This document shows positions 44,098-59,930 of a DNA stretch of 64,000 nucleotides, piece after piece. Location of the stretch: contig OZ024740.1 in the NCBI GenBank assembly GCA_964016885.1, forward strand, positions 81,220,001 through 81,284,000. Direction: 5' to 3'. The notes below the pieces were generated by a model. The model saw nothing but the letters and a program-made list of their open reading frames with translations. It was not told where the DNA came from and did no database searches. Both the position numbers and the translations under genes were made by a program. Each line of letters opens with the position of its first letter. Position 1 is the stretch's first letter. The stretch is from Eledone cirrhosa. Its lineage: Eukaryota.

Positions 44098-44958
44098 GTC
44101 AGGTCACCAGTTGGTGCTACTGGTAACATGTATCCCAGTACAACCTGTCTCATGGTCGGGTCGTTGGCGACTAAACTGGCAACCCCACCAAGGTTTCTTG
44201 GTGAGGAGGGTGACTTTGGACATCCTGCAGGACTAAAAACAAAACCTGTCAAAGGGCAAATATATGGGTATATATATGTGTGTGTGTATATATGTGTATG
44301 TATGTGTGTATATATATATATGTCAGGTCACCAGTTGGTGCTACTGGTAACATGTATCCCAGTACAACCTGTCTCATGGTCGGGTCGTTGGCGACTAAAC
44401 TGGCAACCCCACCAAGGTTTCTTGGTGAGGAGGGTGACTTTGGACATCCTGCAGGACTAAAAACAAAACCTGTCAAAGGGCAAAGGAGCTCTTAAGAGTC
44501 AATGGCCATCCAAAATCACCGGGAGAGATGACCCCTTTAGCCTTAGTCAAGGCAGAATTCTAGGAGAAGGAAAACTCTGATATAACACCTGCAACCCTGA
44601 TGGTATCCAATGATGTTGACTTGTTCTTCTTTTTGGTAAATAGCATCTTGGTTAAGAGAGTGGGACTGGCTTTGTGCAGTGCCTTTGCTCACTATAAAAG
44701 CTTCACGGCACAGGCATTGCTTTATATCTGGAGATCTCTCTGCACTTGTCCTCACATGGGCCCAGCACTATGTGTCAATAATTGTCCTACCATGGGCCTA
44801 GCACTATGTGTCAATGATTGTCACAGGTGTAGTGTTTGTACCAGAGGTTTCAAGTCGCTGGCTGGACTAAAAAGTCACACTCGTTCAGCGCTTCGGTAGG
44901 GGTTATCCTACATGGATGTAAAGTAGTGGCCGTACTCGAAAACGAGTTGGCAGCCACC
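44098..44958 (+). mobile_element. Non-autonomous RTE-derived (bipartite) element 44322-44958 with upstream duplicated 5' part 44098-44258
   Basis: RTE-like 5' motif ggagaaggaaaactctga. The 3' part encodes CSVCTRGFKSLAGLKSH (RTE-type C-terminal Zn finger). No RT. Confidence 0.65.
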
Positions 44959-44971
44959 ATATATATATATA

Positions 44972-45004
<33 letters not shown>

Positions 45005-45046
45005 GTATATGTTTATATATGTGTGTGTGTGTGTGTTGTATGTGTA

Positions 45047-45104
<58 letters not shown>

Positions 45105-45713
45105 CTTGATATATTTCTTTTTTCTTTTTTCTTTTTCTTTTCTTTTCTTTTTATTTCTAAGTTTATAGATACATCTATAAATAAGCAGTCTGCCGAAACC
45201 GTTGAATACTGACCTCTCCCCCCCTCCCACCTAATTTCTGTATCTTGATCTAAATGTGTGTGGCAGTGTTTATATGCGTGCATTAATGTCCATGTGCTTA
45301 TGATAATACTATATCCACACATATATATGTGTGTGTGTGGGGGGGTGTATGTATGTTCGTAATTATGTGTATGTTTATGCATATACGCGCGTGTGTGTGT
45401 GAGTGTACGGATATGTGTGAGTATGTGAATATGTGTATACATTTATTTCATATTTATGCGTCTATACGCATTTTGTCTGTGGATTATAAACTTACAGAGA
45501 CATTAGCCTTGAATTTTTGTATTTGCATACATCTTTTTGGCATGCGTATGCATGTGAGCATATATCTTTGTATAAATATGTGTACGAAGTTAGTTACATG
45601 TATATACACACACCAAACTGCATAAAATTTTTTGTATTTTCATTGGTCAATTTGAACTCCGTTCCCAAACGGACCTGAAATTTTGAATTGTTGTTATTAT
45701 CAATAAATATATT

Positions 45714-45866
45714 TCATTATTTCTGAAGACGGCATATATGTGTGTTTGGTATGTATATTTAATCTTGATAGTTTGTATAATTTTGTATAATTTTGTACAT
45801 AGATCTGTTGAATATGCATGCCAATTCTAACACATATATATCCTAGAAACGATCGTTAAATAATGA
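45714..45866 (+). ncRNA. Type I hammerhead with ~115-nt stem II
   Basis: tcattattt-CTGAAGA-...atatatgtgt...acacatatat...-GAAA-cgatcg-TT-aaataatga. Perfect 9-bp stem I. Confidence 0.8.
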
Positions 45867-45921
45867 ACTTTTTTTGTTTAATATAAGGAACTGTTTCATT
45901 GTTTTATTCATTATTTTTTTA

Positions 45922-45978
<57 letters not shown>

Positions 45979-46018
45979 TGCTTTACACAGCCGGATATAT
46001 ATATATATATATATATAT

Positions 46019-47505
<1,487 letters not shown>

Positions 47506-47634
47506 GTGGTTACACAACAGTTATCTCCCTTACACCTCTCGCACATAGTCTAGTATTGCCTGTGTGAAGTAACCGGGTTTCTGCGCATGCGCGTTCGTAC
47601 GGTTGCCCTTCCTGTTCTTATAAATATGCCCATT

Positions 47635-47674
47635 CCGAGCTGAAGATCCGCTAAGGTGAAACAATAGTTCTCGG
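47635..47674 (+). ncRNA. Minimal hammerhead in the 5' pLTR
   Basis: ccgag-CTGAAGA-tcc(gctaa)ggt-GAAA-caatag-TT-ctcgg. Confidence 0.88.
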
Positions 47675-48927
47675 TATGGTGGACTAACTGTTGTGTAACC
47701 ACTTCTACCTAACTCGTCCCTTGGACTGAGTGCCATAAAAGTGGTCACGACCTCGACCGGTTTAAGAAAGACATAGCTTCTACCTTCAATCAGTTAGGTC
47801 TTAGGATAACAGTAGCCACCAACTTATCTAGCGTAGATTTCTTAGACATTAATTTAGACCTTCGCACACACATTCCACAGACTCTTCCATAAGCTAAACG
47901 AGAAACTTAAATATATTCACAAGGACTCATGCTACCCTCCCACTGTTTTTAGAAACTTCGTTAAGAATATCAGTACTAGAATCTCAAACCTCTCCTCTAA
48001 TAAGGCTATCTTTGACAGGGCGGCATCCTAGTATAACACGGCGTTGGCCTACAGCGGCTTCTCACAACTTGTCACTTACTCTCTCACTATCAACAAAACC
48101 ATTAAGAAAAGTAAGCGCAACAATAGACAAACTATCTGGTTCTCTCCTCCCTTCTCACTCAACGTTAAAACCAATGTAGGAAAAACATTTCTAGCCCTCT
48201 TAGAGAGACACTTCCCCATAGGTCATAAATACCGCTCCATCTTTAACCGACACAAAGTTAAACTAGGATACTCCTGCGCTAAGAACATGAACGCCCACAT
48301 CACCAGCAGCCCTAGGAGCAACACCCCACCAGGGTGCTCTTGCCGTAAGCCTGAAGCTTGCCCCCTTCAACAGCAATGCAACACACCAGCTGTAATCTAT
48401 GAAGCTGTGGTCACTTCCAACCGACCAAACGAACAACAGGAGGTCAAATCCTATGTGGGCGTGCGGAGGGCCGATTCAAGGAACGCTTCCTGAACCACCA
48501 GTCTACCTTCAGATACCCGGGCAGACGTTTATCCACGGAACTCGCGAGCCACGTATGGTCCCTCAAGAACTCAAGTATAAACTACTCCATTCAATGGAAA
48601 TCCATCACTAAGTCCAAGCCATACGCAAGGGGAAATCCGACGTGTTGCTTATTTATTGACGAACGAATAACTATTCTAAATAGATTACGCAATAGTGGTG
48701 GCCTAAACACGAGGAGGGAATTTTTAACACATTGTCCACATATCGCCAAACACCTATTACATAACTACAAGGCTCCGGACTGATTCTTTGTAATTTTATT
48801 TTCAACCTAAAAACTTTTCGGACTTTCGCAGTTATCTCCCTTGCACCTCTCGCACGCAGTCTAGTATTGCCTGTGTGAAGTGACCGTGTTTCTGCGCATG
48901 CGCGTTCGTACGGTTGTCCTTCCCATT

Positions 48928-49136
<209 letters not shown>

Positions 49137-49849
49137 GTGTATAATCTCATATTTTACTGAATCTTTTCGCCAAGAACGTTTAAATACGCTATGAACTAAG
49201 AAATAAAACAAACCTTGAGTTACATGAGGCAAACAAAGAATCATTTGTTTTAGCTGGTTGAACGTTTCATAAAAGCAGGTCTTCATGTGAAAAAATTCAT
49301 GACTGTTATCGATTTTGGTTTGGAAATCTATTATGCAAACGATATTTTAGTTGTATTTTGGGCTGTAGTAGCAACAATGCAAAGTGTAGGTATATATTTG
49401 AAAGGTTTAACACTGTAATATACCTCCATTACTTTTATCTTATTTAACGTTTATACTTCATAATCTATTATTTCTTTGTAAGCATTCTTGTGTTTTTAAA
49501 ACCATTAAGGCAACACAAATATAATTAGAGGGGAAACTATTAGAATCTATGCCCCAGGATCATCCATCTAAGCTCTAATAATGCCCAAGGACACATCAGA
49601 CTCCATCGTTTCATTGTCATTCACATCACATGGTATTGATCAATGCCAATGGTATGCCACATCCGCAAATGAATGTTTACTTCTGATATTTTTTCCACAT
49701 TTTGTGCCTCAAGCTAACCTGAGGCACGTCTCAATACATCAACTGGTGGCACTGATATTACTGTTTATCCTTCTTGGTGACACAGGAAGAAATAGGGAGA
49801 CAACACACATGGGAATTGACGTCGTTTCAGAGCGATCTCACACCTTAGT

Positions 49850-51420
49850 CTGTCAATGAGAGTGCAAATCAGGATCCTGAATGCTGCCTACGCTCGCAAA
49901 TTAGTGTCATACATCGAGCAGGCGCTTTACGCAAAGGCATCCACAAGGCTGGAACCGGTTTCTCTGTTTCGAAATACTCTCACATGGGATCCTACTGGTT
50001 AAGTAGGTATGTCTCTCATGTGGTAGAAGGAAAGAACGTTTCCTTCTACCACATCTCTTCAATTAGTATCTTTGTTCTTTCCCAGTAGCCATGAAGGCCG
50101 ACACTATTCAACTGCAAAGAAGACGAAATGTTTCCATGAAGTATCATATGATTTTGTCCAACTTCAAGAATTGCTTTGAAATACTTTTTCCCTAAACTAA
50201 TTTCACCTCACTCACTGTGGCCGTAGTAAGATGGATTGGTCGATTAATGTTTGATAAATTATTTTCTCCGAGTCGACTTTCCTCGTTATACTCGATCTGT
50301 TCTTCTAAGCAAGCTTGACCTCGATTAAATATGAGTTATAAGGGTATCACTAGTTCCATCATTACGTAAAAGATATTCTGCAGATTATTGTGGAAGATAG
50401 TCACCAGACACTACGCTCTGTTCAACTAGAAATTGAGATTAAATACCCAGGTAAGCATCTGCTCTTGCGCCAATATATTTGATTGAGAATGCATCCTCAT
50501 CATCCTATTATCATCTGGTAAATTGGGATTTGCCATACACCTTTAATAGAGATGAGCGTGACCATATCATACATATGTAAAGAGACGGGCCACTTCAAAA
50601 TTGCTTTGGCAATTAAAGTGAACGGGATGGTACCTTACACGGCATTCAGCCTGTTTTGACTGAGACATGACTTGCTCAGAGAGACACTGTCTACATTTCT
50701 GCTTTTCGAATTTTCTTCATAGTACTATCAAAGTGCCTGGAGATCAAACATATAAATTGGCGAGTATGATGGATGGATTGGTTCTCGTTTAATCTCATCC
50801 CAGTCCCGTCCACGTGAAGAGATGCTTTGATCTCACCAAATGTCTATTTTCGCTGTATTCTTCTCGCGAAATGCGTCAATGCGCCGTGCATATTTGCAAC
50901 GTAAGTCTAAATAAAATCGACTGGCAATTGACATTGGTCCCCGAGAGTTTCAATAATAATTACCAGCACGCATAATCGCATCTGGCCAAGCCAGACTTCG
51001 CGCACTTCATCATTTCTAGCCGCATTCTCATTTACGAGTATTTCGGAAAATGTCAGAACTCAATATGGATAGGGAAATCGAATCAGCCCTGGCCGTCCGG
51101 GTTTGTGATTTTCCCACTATTCCCAGGTATGCGTGTTACCAACACCAAAGGAAGGGAATTAAATAAAATTCTACTTGCATGACTATCGAATCTCCCTTGG
51201 ACCACCTACGTATCGTTTACATCCTCACTGCCTCGCCGACAAACACCGGAGTGTGGCACAACTCAATGTCCTCTTCATCAACCGTTTTTATACTTGATGA
51301 AAGCTGCGGCAGTAGAGGAGTGCTGCCATACCTTAATCACTGCGTATATTAGTTACTCAAAATCTTTTAGCTCTTTTGTTTTCACATGGAACGTCGGAGA
51401 ATTTAAATTGTTCGCTTTAA
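49850..51420 (-). mobile_element. Possible decayed Helitron Rep remnant
   Basis: Degenerate F.SGP.Y and YGK..L motifs (approx. FTGSPRYM and YGKPDL). No intact frame. Confidence 0.3.
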
Positions 51421-51928
51421 AAAAATGATATTAGTTATTGCTTGGTAACCTACATGAACTTGGTCAGAAGGTATGTGAAGGCTTCGAATTACATTCTTTC
51501 AATGTATATGTATCTCTATATTCAAAGAATACCATAACATTCATGATATCACAATAGTAAGGGTGCTTTCTAAAAGTTGTTGTGTCTTTTATTTGAAATT
51601 ATTTTATGATTGGGTGGGTTGCAGTTTAAATTCAGATTTAAGCTCTCCTACGTAGACACTTGCATTAATTTTCCAAACCATTGATTGATTCGGCAATATA
51701 ATGATACAATTCACAAATTACATCGCCTTCTGCCTGAGATCTGCATTTGTCCATTCCACTTCCAGATATTAAAGAAAAAACTAATTATATTTATTATTCA
51801 ATGAGAAGCAATTAACATCAGAATAATTGATGAAAAAGCTCAATTGATACAGCACCTTTGAATGAAGACGGCAAGTATAACACTGAGACGACCAATTATT
51901 AATTAATCATGAGTGTGTTTATTATATA

Positions 51929-52759
51929 CTAGCTGAAGTACCCGGTAACACCCGGGAAAGGTGGGGTTATTCACAGTTCCCTGAGTGCGCTTGAAAATGC
52001 TAGTGACCCTGGGTGCCCATTCTGGATTTTCAATAGCAACCTTTGCTAGGTGTGTTTATGGCAGATCAATTTTTTGTGTGGAACTACCAATATATGTTTA
52101 AGTCATAAGTCCTTCTTCCATCCAGCTTTCTTCATACATAGTGAATAAGCCAGGGAATGTTGAGCTCGAAGAGTATCGAAGTTATTCAACAAACCTACGA
52201 TTACGAATGGCAAACTTACTGACTTAGCACTCAAGAACAAACACAGAACATTTGAGGAAGTCATTGCAATTATTGAAGAAATTATAACCGAGTGAATATA
52301 TTCAGGTACCGTTCAAGCACTCTGTATATTACCGTTTGTAAAGCCCTTTGAATGACTGAAGCTATTCAATAAAACCATCCCATTTTCCCCCTACATTAGA
52401 CATAACTCCAGAAAAAACGCCATAATAAGTCGGATAAACAATCAGAAGTGTTGGCTCTAAAGAGGGCCTTGTAACGTTCACTGTTCCAAAGTGTCAAAAT
52501 GGATGCTAGTATTCCCACGATCCGACACCTCGAAATATCGACAAAATGAACTCTACTCTCAAAGACGGCATGTTACATTTAACATGCCTGCAGGACGAAT
52601 ATCCGTCAACATACGATTTGGGTTTTATTCTTCGGACTAATCTCATGGTAAGCCAACTTCCATGTCATTGTCACATTTTTGGAAATTATCACCGATTCCT
52701 GCAGTTGACCTTAATGTGACCTAAGCGTGTGCACGTGTTCAAAATCCATATCAGTGGAT

Positions 52760-52853
<94 letters not shown>

Positions 52854-53754
52854 TACATCTACCTAAATACATTGCAGTGTCCAATCCGTATGAAGAACTC
52901 AATGTAATCCAAATATCATGAAAAGAGAAGATGTATTCAACAATTTTTTCGATGAAAATCACAGGAAAACAGATTCAAGATAAATTAATAAAAACAATGA
53001 ATAAAAACAAGGGAACAGTTCCTTATATTAAAAAATTCATCATTTTACGATCGTTTCTAGGATATATATGTGTGTGTTGGTATGTATATCATATAGATCT
53101 ATGTAAACATTTTACAAACTATCAGAGGGAATATACATACCTACACATATATATGATGTCTTCAGAAATAATATATGTGTAGGTATGTATATTCGCTCTG
53201 ATAGTTTGTAAATTTTTTACATAGATCTATATGATATACATACCAATACACACATATATATCCTAGAAACGATCGTAAAATGATGAATTTTTTAATATAA
53301 GGAACTGTTCTTTGTTTTTATTCATTGTTTTTATTAATTTATATATATATATATATACACACAGAGACATCTGTTCAGTCGTCAACCAAAACTTGATGGT
53401 CGTCTGCTTTGTTTGAAATTTCTTTATGTATATTTCTAATAAGTTGTTGTCTCGTTTTCGAAGACCTATTTGTGGGAGAAGGAAGGGGAGGAGTGGGAGT
53501 GTCGGTTTAACATACAGTAGTAGTGTCCCCTCTTCTCCCTCTCTCACTGAAACGCCTTCTCTTTCTTATTCCATATTAAATATGTCTCCAGTGTTCCATT
53601 ATTCATTTTTATTGAAATCGAATAAATCAGTCCTAATTCCGAATATTAGCTTAACATATGTGTAAAGTTTCATCAGGATCGGATCACTGGTGTAGGCGCA
53701 AACTGGTTATACACAGATACACAGACAGACAGAAATTTCCATTTATATACTAGA
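51929..53754 (-). mobile_element. Non-autonomous Helitron with canonical termini, interrupted by (TA)n-borne cassettes
   Basis: Minus strand: A|TC at 53754, subterminal hairpin cccgg(gtgtta)ccggg, CTAG|T at 51929. Weak helicase-like remnants. Confidence 0.7.
52980..53342. mobile_element. Fold-back cassette with long-stem-II HHR at 53040-53172 (-) and a 5'-truncated plus-strand copy
   Basis: Minus strand: attattt-CTGAAGA...GAAA-cgatcg-TA-aaatgat. Same family as 45714-45925. Confidence 0.87.
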
Positions 53755-54224
53755 TTAGAATAATTTAAATTACATTTACCCCATAACTGAATGCTTGCAC
53801 AGCAATTCAAATTTATTTTGAAGAAATATTGCATTAATCGTGGTTTAAACAACTGGATCCCCACTCCATGGAATAGCAATTAGAAATCAGTAAAACACTG
53901 TTGATTGAGTAAAGCATCTGACACAAAATAAAACTTTGAATTCGATCTAATAATGGTTTTTGATTTAGACAATATTAAATCGAGTCCAGTGCGTGTCTGG
54001 TACCTTTCTTATTGAAGCCGGTAACGATGAAATGCAAAGCTAACCTCGGCGGGATTTTCACTCTGAAAGTTAATGCGATGATATAATGGACACACCATTT
54101 CTTTATATTCAATATGATTTCTTAGGTGAGACTCGCTTATGCGTGATAATCGAATAACGTTCTTTCATATAGTTTATGTGGATTGGTGTACAGAAATAAA
54201 ATGATCCCTGTTCTTAGAAATTTT

Positions 54225-54607
54225 AATTGTTTCTACTTTTGACACAAGGCCAGCAATTATCCCAGTGCATTACTGGTACTTTATTTTATCGACCCCGTAA
54301 GGACGAAAGCAAAGTTAACGTGGGTGAGATTTGACTTAGAAATTATAATTGTTTCTACTTTTGGCACAATGCCAGCAATTATCCCAGTGTATTACTGGTA
54401 CTTACTTAGAAATTATAATTTTTTCTACTTTAGTCACAAGGCGAGCAATTACCCAGTGCATTACTGGTACTTTATTTCATCGACCCCGAAAGGATGAAAG
54501 GCAAAGTCAACCTCGGCGGGATTTGAAATCAGATCGTAAAGGGACGTAACTTTATGTTTCAAGATATGGCGTCCGACCCTGTACCGATACTGCCAATCCA
54601 CCGCCCT
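54225..54607 (-). mobile_element. Cluster of tandem and partial Meta-domain SINE copies (further decayed copy at about 53985-54070)
   Basis: Reverse-complement similarity to 35765-35965. Confidence 0.85.
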
Positions 54608-54625
54608 CTACTGACTTTTAAAATG

Positions 54626-54698
54626 CGAGCTCAACAGGATTCAAACCTGGAATTTTCTCATCCGTAGTCAGACGCGATATCCATTGCACCATGAGCCG
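54626..54698 (-). tRNA. tRNA-Arg(ACG) pseudogene
   Basis: Minus strand: cggctcatggtgcaatggatatcgcgtctgactACGgatgagaaaattccaggtttgaatcctgttgagctcg, 73 nt. T-loop and anticodon-stem mutations. Confidence 0.8.
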
Positions 54699-57526
54699 TG
54701 ATCCTTAACGTATTAGTTCAGCGAGAAATGCGAGGTTCAATTGTTCCTAGAAAGATGTTAGAAGTAGCAATTGCAGGCATATTTATAATGGAGCAACTTG
54801 ACTATATACTTTATGAGCGCAATGTTGCCAAATAGGTGTACTTAATAATTTGACTGGAAAGTATTTTATAGAACAATACAATATGACGGTCCATGTTTAC
54901 CATATCTGGATGTAGCAGCAGAAGCTAAAAGTGCATTAACTCAATACAAATTCGCCTGTATATTTCGGTTAAATTCTGGAGTGATTGTAACATAATAGAT
55001 ATTATAAATTCTCTTTGTTGGTGATAAAGGAACTTGTTTTCTGATTAATATACCACAAACTGTGAAACCCGTATATGCCTTGTGGCAAATTTATTAACAC
55101 AATCACCAATTCGGCTGGAGTTATCTATCTCCCCCGGACACATGAATATCCTTCGTATGGCGATCCTTTCTTTCTCGAAATAGTACACATTCCCTAACAG
55201 TTTATTCCTGATATTAGAATATTAGTCGAAGAGCTCTCTGAACTTATATTTCATCTTGGTATGCCAGAAGCAACTGACTTCATAAAATTTCAGCTATTGT
55301 TTTAAAACATTGTTTTCTAGGATAGCCAAGGATAAGTTATTCATACCCTAGCCCACGGAAGAGGTCTGCAGTTTGTTTCATTTTCAAAGCTCTGGTTACC
55401 CACTTTCAATATAAACATATAACTAGTGAGCATCAGAGTTAATCTCTTAAATTGCATGAATGTCTTTAATGGAAGGTACTACGAATTTCAATCGTCTAAG
55501 TCCACTGCTAATATAGACGCAGCTGCCACTCATGGCATAAAGTGTGTAAATTTCAACAACTTTAATGTTTATGTTATTGCCATATACGTCTTCAAATGAG
55601 GCAATGATATATGGTAGGGCATTGCGTCAGAAACTACTTGATTAAAACATTCAAAATGAGAGGTATTATGTAAATTGCAATACGCCGCCAGCTTTTTGAT
55701 AGACGCCAAATTATTCTGGGTATTCATAACTCATTTATTTTGATAACGTAACACCTGCTGCCATTAACGTATTTGCTGTTTACTTCTGACTTTATATTCA
55801 CCGCTAAAACTCACCTCGAAATAGGAGCAAATACTAACTGTGAAATAACTTGGATCGAGATATATTGATATTCCTTTTATTTTGACCGATAGGATTAATG
55901 TGCATGTGTCACACCTTTGTGTCGAGTACCATGTCAAATATTTCTTTGTAATTTATAATGGTCTTTGCAACATTACGCCTGCTATCAGGCTGGTAGCAAG
56001 AATGTGAGCATTTTCTACTGGTCAAAATTGTTCCACACATCTGAAGCTCTACAAAATCCAAATGGAAACACATACTACTCTCACATATTAGCATCGCTCA
56101 CCAAATACATCCTCTCTTTTCTTGATACAGTGCACAATAAAATCATATTACAGAGTCGTAAAATTTTGTTTAAGCTTTAGTGCCATTGTCTTCTTGCCGA
56201 ATATCTTTAACTGAACAAATACTCAATATTAACATTTTATCATTTATATTACCATTCTTTTTCTTGCATTTTCAGTTCCTTTATTGTTAGTTCCTTTATC
56301 GTATTCCTTTGTCATAAATTTTTATAATTATTAATCATGTTTCTAGTATATGTTGACAAGGTATAGCTCTACAATGATATCCCAAAACATCATATATTTT
56401 GGTGACAGTCAAATAATTAAAGATGAAATATTATTCATTGTCATACGCTTATTAACCAAACAGGAGATTCGTGTAACGTGTTTCCAGTTACATTTAATAT
56501 AATATAGTCCAACGTTGATTCGACGACTTTTTAGGTACTGTGACAACGAAATAACAGAAATAGTTATTTTGCAACTATGCTTAAAAGGGAAATTGCTAAC
56601 ATAATCTGGAAAAGGAAACAACATTCAGATCTCACGTTCTACAGGATTCAAAATATTGGCATACAAAAGGATATATTCACCAGAACTCTGAATTTCAGCG
56701 AAATTATTCTCTCTCTATTACTTTAGTTTTATATTTCTTGGTATGGAAGTTATTATATACGATTTCCTTTTATTTTCCTTTCTATTTTATTCGATTCTGT
56801 TGTTCTTCTTGTCTTCATCAAATTGTATCTTACCATTGAAAACGGTTAACTTTTAAAAGCATGAAGATTATTTTCACTAGACATAGTTTCACACGACCTA
56901 TGATATAAACTGTAGTGTTTTGTTTATTCTGATATTGTATGTTTATATTTCTGTTACAAGACAACTAATTTAAAAATATCCAAATTTCGCTAATACTTTC
57001 CACCTATTAATAACAGACATTAATATATTTTGAAGCCAGGAAATCCTTTTTTTTTTATTCTCGAAATGTCGATCTTTAAAGAATAAAATAAAAACAAAAA
57101 CTAAAGAAGTCAAGAAAAGAAGCAAAATGGAACAAGAATTTGTTTCATTGATGTGGGTATGAGTGGAGTTTATGGCGATAAGGTGTGTGACATTATTTGC
57201 TCTATCGGAATACTGTGTGATTTCATTGATGAAATATAAACAATTAACTTCATAGATAGAGCAGCAATGTTATTAAATATATTTCATAAGTGAATTAAAT
57301 TTAAACGTCACTATTGCCAGAAATCATGCGATAGTTAACATCTTAATATCTATTTCTAAATGTATGTTTGTTTGTATGCCCGATTCTTCCCCTCCCTCAA
57401 TTTATGTAACCATTTTTGTTCCTTATCTTCTACATCACTTTAGTCTCGCTGCGTCATACCTAGGTCATTGCTTTTTTATTTTCATTTTGTCCCTCTATTT
57501 ATATCTATTTCTCTATTACATCTCGC

Positions 57527-57569
<43 letters not shown>

Positions 57570-57616
57570 TATATATATATATATATATATACAGTATATA
57601 TATATATATATATACA

Positions 57617-57682
<66 letters not shown>

Positions 57683-57691
57683 TATATATAT

Positions 57692-57956
57692 AAAATAAAG
57701 TTAAATAAAAGTCAAATGATTAAAATTTAGCTTCGTTTATTACTGCTATATATATTTCAGTGACAGCCATCTTTGGCTGTGACCTCTTCAGGCAGTTTGA
57801 ATTAGTATGGTATAGACATACTAATACCATACTATATCATACTAATTCAAACTGCCTGAAGGGGTCACAGCCAGAGATGGCTGTCACTGAAATATATATA
57901 GCAGTAATAAACGAAGCTAAATTTTAATCATTTCACTTTTATTTAACTTTATTTTA
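57692..57956. mobile_element. Fold-back cassette with inverted hammerheads (57742-57796 minus, canonical; 57851-57905 plus, A9G)
   Basis: actgc-CTGAAGA-ggtcacagcca(aaga)tggctgtcact-GAAA-tatata-TA-gcagt. Confidence 0.9.
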
Positions 57957-58087
57957 CACTACTTCGGAGTAACCAAACCAACCTGCGTACTTCGTCGAGT
58001 GCTCCAGCCTGCATACTGAGGAGTTGGTATACAACCAACATAAACTCAAAATCAGTATATATATATATATATATATATATATACAAC

Positions 58088-58121
<34 letters not shown>

Positions 58122-58326
58122 ATGTGTGCTTGAAAAGAGAGTAAGGTGCTATACAAAGCAGGGGTTATAGAGAGAAGGTGGAATTGGAAATAGCACGGAA
58201 AATATATTTAAGGATCTGGTTTTCTTTTTCTCTCCTTTGATTCGTCAAATTAACATTATTGCAAAAATGATAGGAACAATTCTTTAAAAAAATAGAAGAG
58301 TTGAGTAATGTATATGAAATATGTAA

Positions 58327-58374
58327 AATATAACTGGTTTCGATGTATCAGTATGGACCTTCCTATCAAATGTT
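58327..58374 (-). ncRNA. Decayed hammerhead candidate (U3-A8 type)
   Basis: Minus strand: aacat-TTGATAG-...atc-GAAA-ccag-TT-atatt. Several mismatches. Confidence 0.35.
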
Positions 58375-58471
58375 GAATATTATAATTAAAAAGAATTAAA
58401 AAGAAAAACACATTTTGTATTAAATTCAAAATTAAATGTTGAAATGGTCTGTTAATCTTTCTTGTTGTTAA

Positions 58472-58503
58472 GAATGGAGCCATATATATATATATAAAAT
58501 GGA

Positions 58504-58551
<48 letters not shown>

Positions 58552-58579
58552 TCCATTTTATATATATATATATGGCTCC

Positions 58580-58583
<4 letters not shown>
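58472..58583. repeat. (TA)n-centred palindrome of duplicated aatggagcc units
   Basis: aatggagcc(at)n x2 ... (at)n ggctccatt x2. Confidence 0.9.
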
Positions 58584-58648
<65 letters not shown>

Positions 58649-59279
58649 CATATATATATATAATATATATATAGAGAGAGGTGTAGTCATAGTAGTAACA
58701 GTAGAAGTAGTGTTGGTAGTTGTGTTATTCACAGAAAATTGTTTTTAGAAATAGTCTCAGTTGTGTTAAGGAATTGGTCAAAAGTTCAGATGGGAGTGGC
58801 GAAGGGGGTAAAATAAGCTAGAGACAATTGATATAGGGGAGATAGGTTACTGAGAGAGGCAAATTGGGTTGTTAAAGTAAATTTTATTTTATGTGTATGC
58901 TTCTAGAGAGCATGAGTGTGTATGTGTAAGTGTGTAAATACACACACACACACACATATATATATATGAGGGGTGGTGGTGCTTGTGTGTGTGCTCTTGT
59001 GTGTGTCTTAGTTTGAGTGAGAACGGATTAAAACTGAGAGGAATATTTTTTCTTTTTTTTTTGGGGGGGGGGCACATATATATATACACACATATATTTG
59101 TTTGTTTTTTAAAGTGTGGTGTATGTGTGCTTGAGTTTGTTTGTCACAGGTCCCTTTGTGGTGGGAATTAAAAAAACACGGAGCAAAGCATGATGGCTTT
59201 CGATCAGAAATTTTTGGAAAAGATGTGTATGAACAATTTCTTTTTTATTTCATGGTGTATATATCAACCGTCGGCGAGA

Positions 59280-59930
59280 CCTCTAGACTCGTCCAACTGT
59301 TCATTTCTCCTCACATGGGAAATGAGCTCCTTGAGGTGGAGTGGCTGATACAGTCGGTATAGTTGCATATCCACATTTATCACTTAAAGAGGTCTGTAGA
59401 TTCTGCCGGTCTTATTTCCCTTACTAGTGCTATTTAATTTTCCCCTCCTTCTGTTCGATGTTGATGGCAAACATTATATGTATATTAATTCACTTCCAGT
59501 TGGACAATTTTGTGACATGTTATGCTAGATGTGGAAGATCGGGCGGGGCCTATGACTATTGCAGGCTCTCTCAAATGGAAGTTATTGATGTTTAGTTTAG
59601 ATTGTAGGTAGTCGACTTCTACGTGAAGGACTTGTATAGGGCAATACTTCCAGAAAGATGACGTTGTGGGACAGAGAGACCTAGCGTAGAAGTTATTGAA
59701 GGTTCGTTGGATGCAACATAGATGATACTAGTGAGGTAGGAGTGATGTCATCAGATGCTCCGAAGAACAGATGCCATTGAAGTAGTGGTAGAAATGTAGA
59801 CAATAGGCTGTAGCATGTCTGGCAGAAACTTAATGCAGGTCGGATCAGTGATCTATTTCTAGATGTGGTATAGAAAACAGATATGAGTGGCAGATGCTCT
59901 TCGAATTCTGTGCTGTTCATCGTTAATGAC
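59280..59930 (-). mobile_element. Possible decayed LINE RT C-terminal fragment
   Basis: SLIRPALSF resembles the LINE motif xLVRPxLEY. Otherwise degenerate. Confidence 0.3.
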
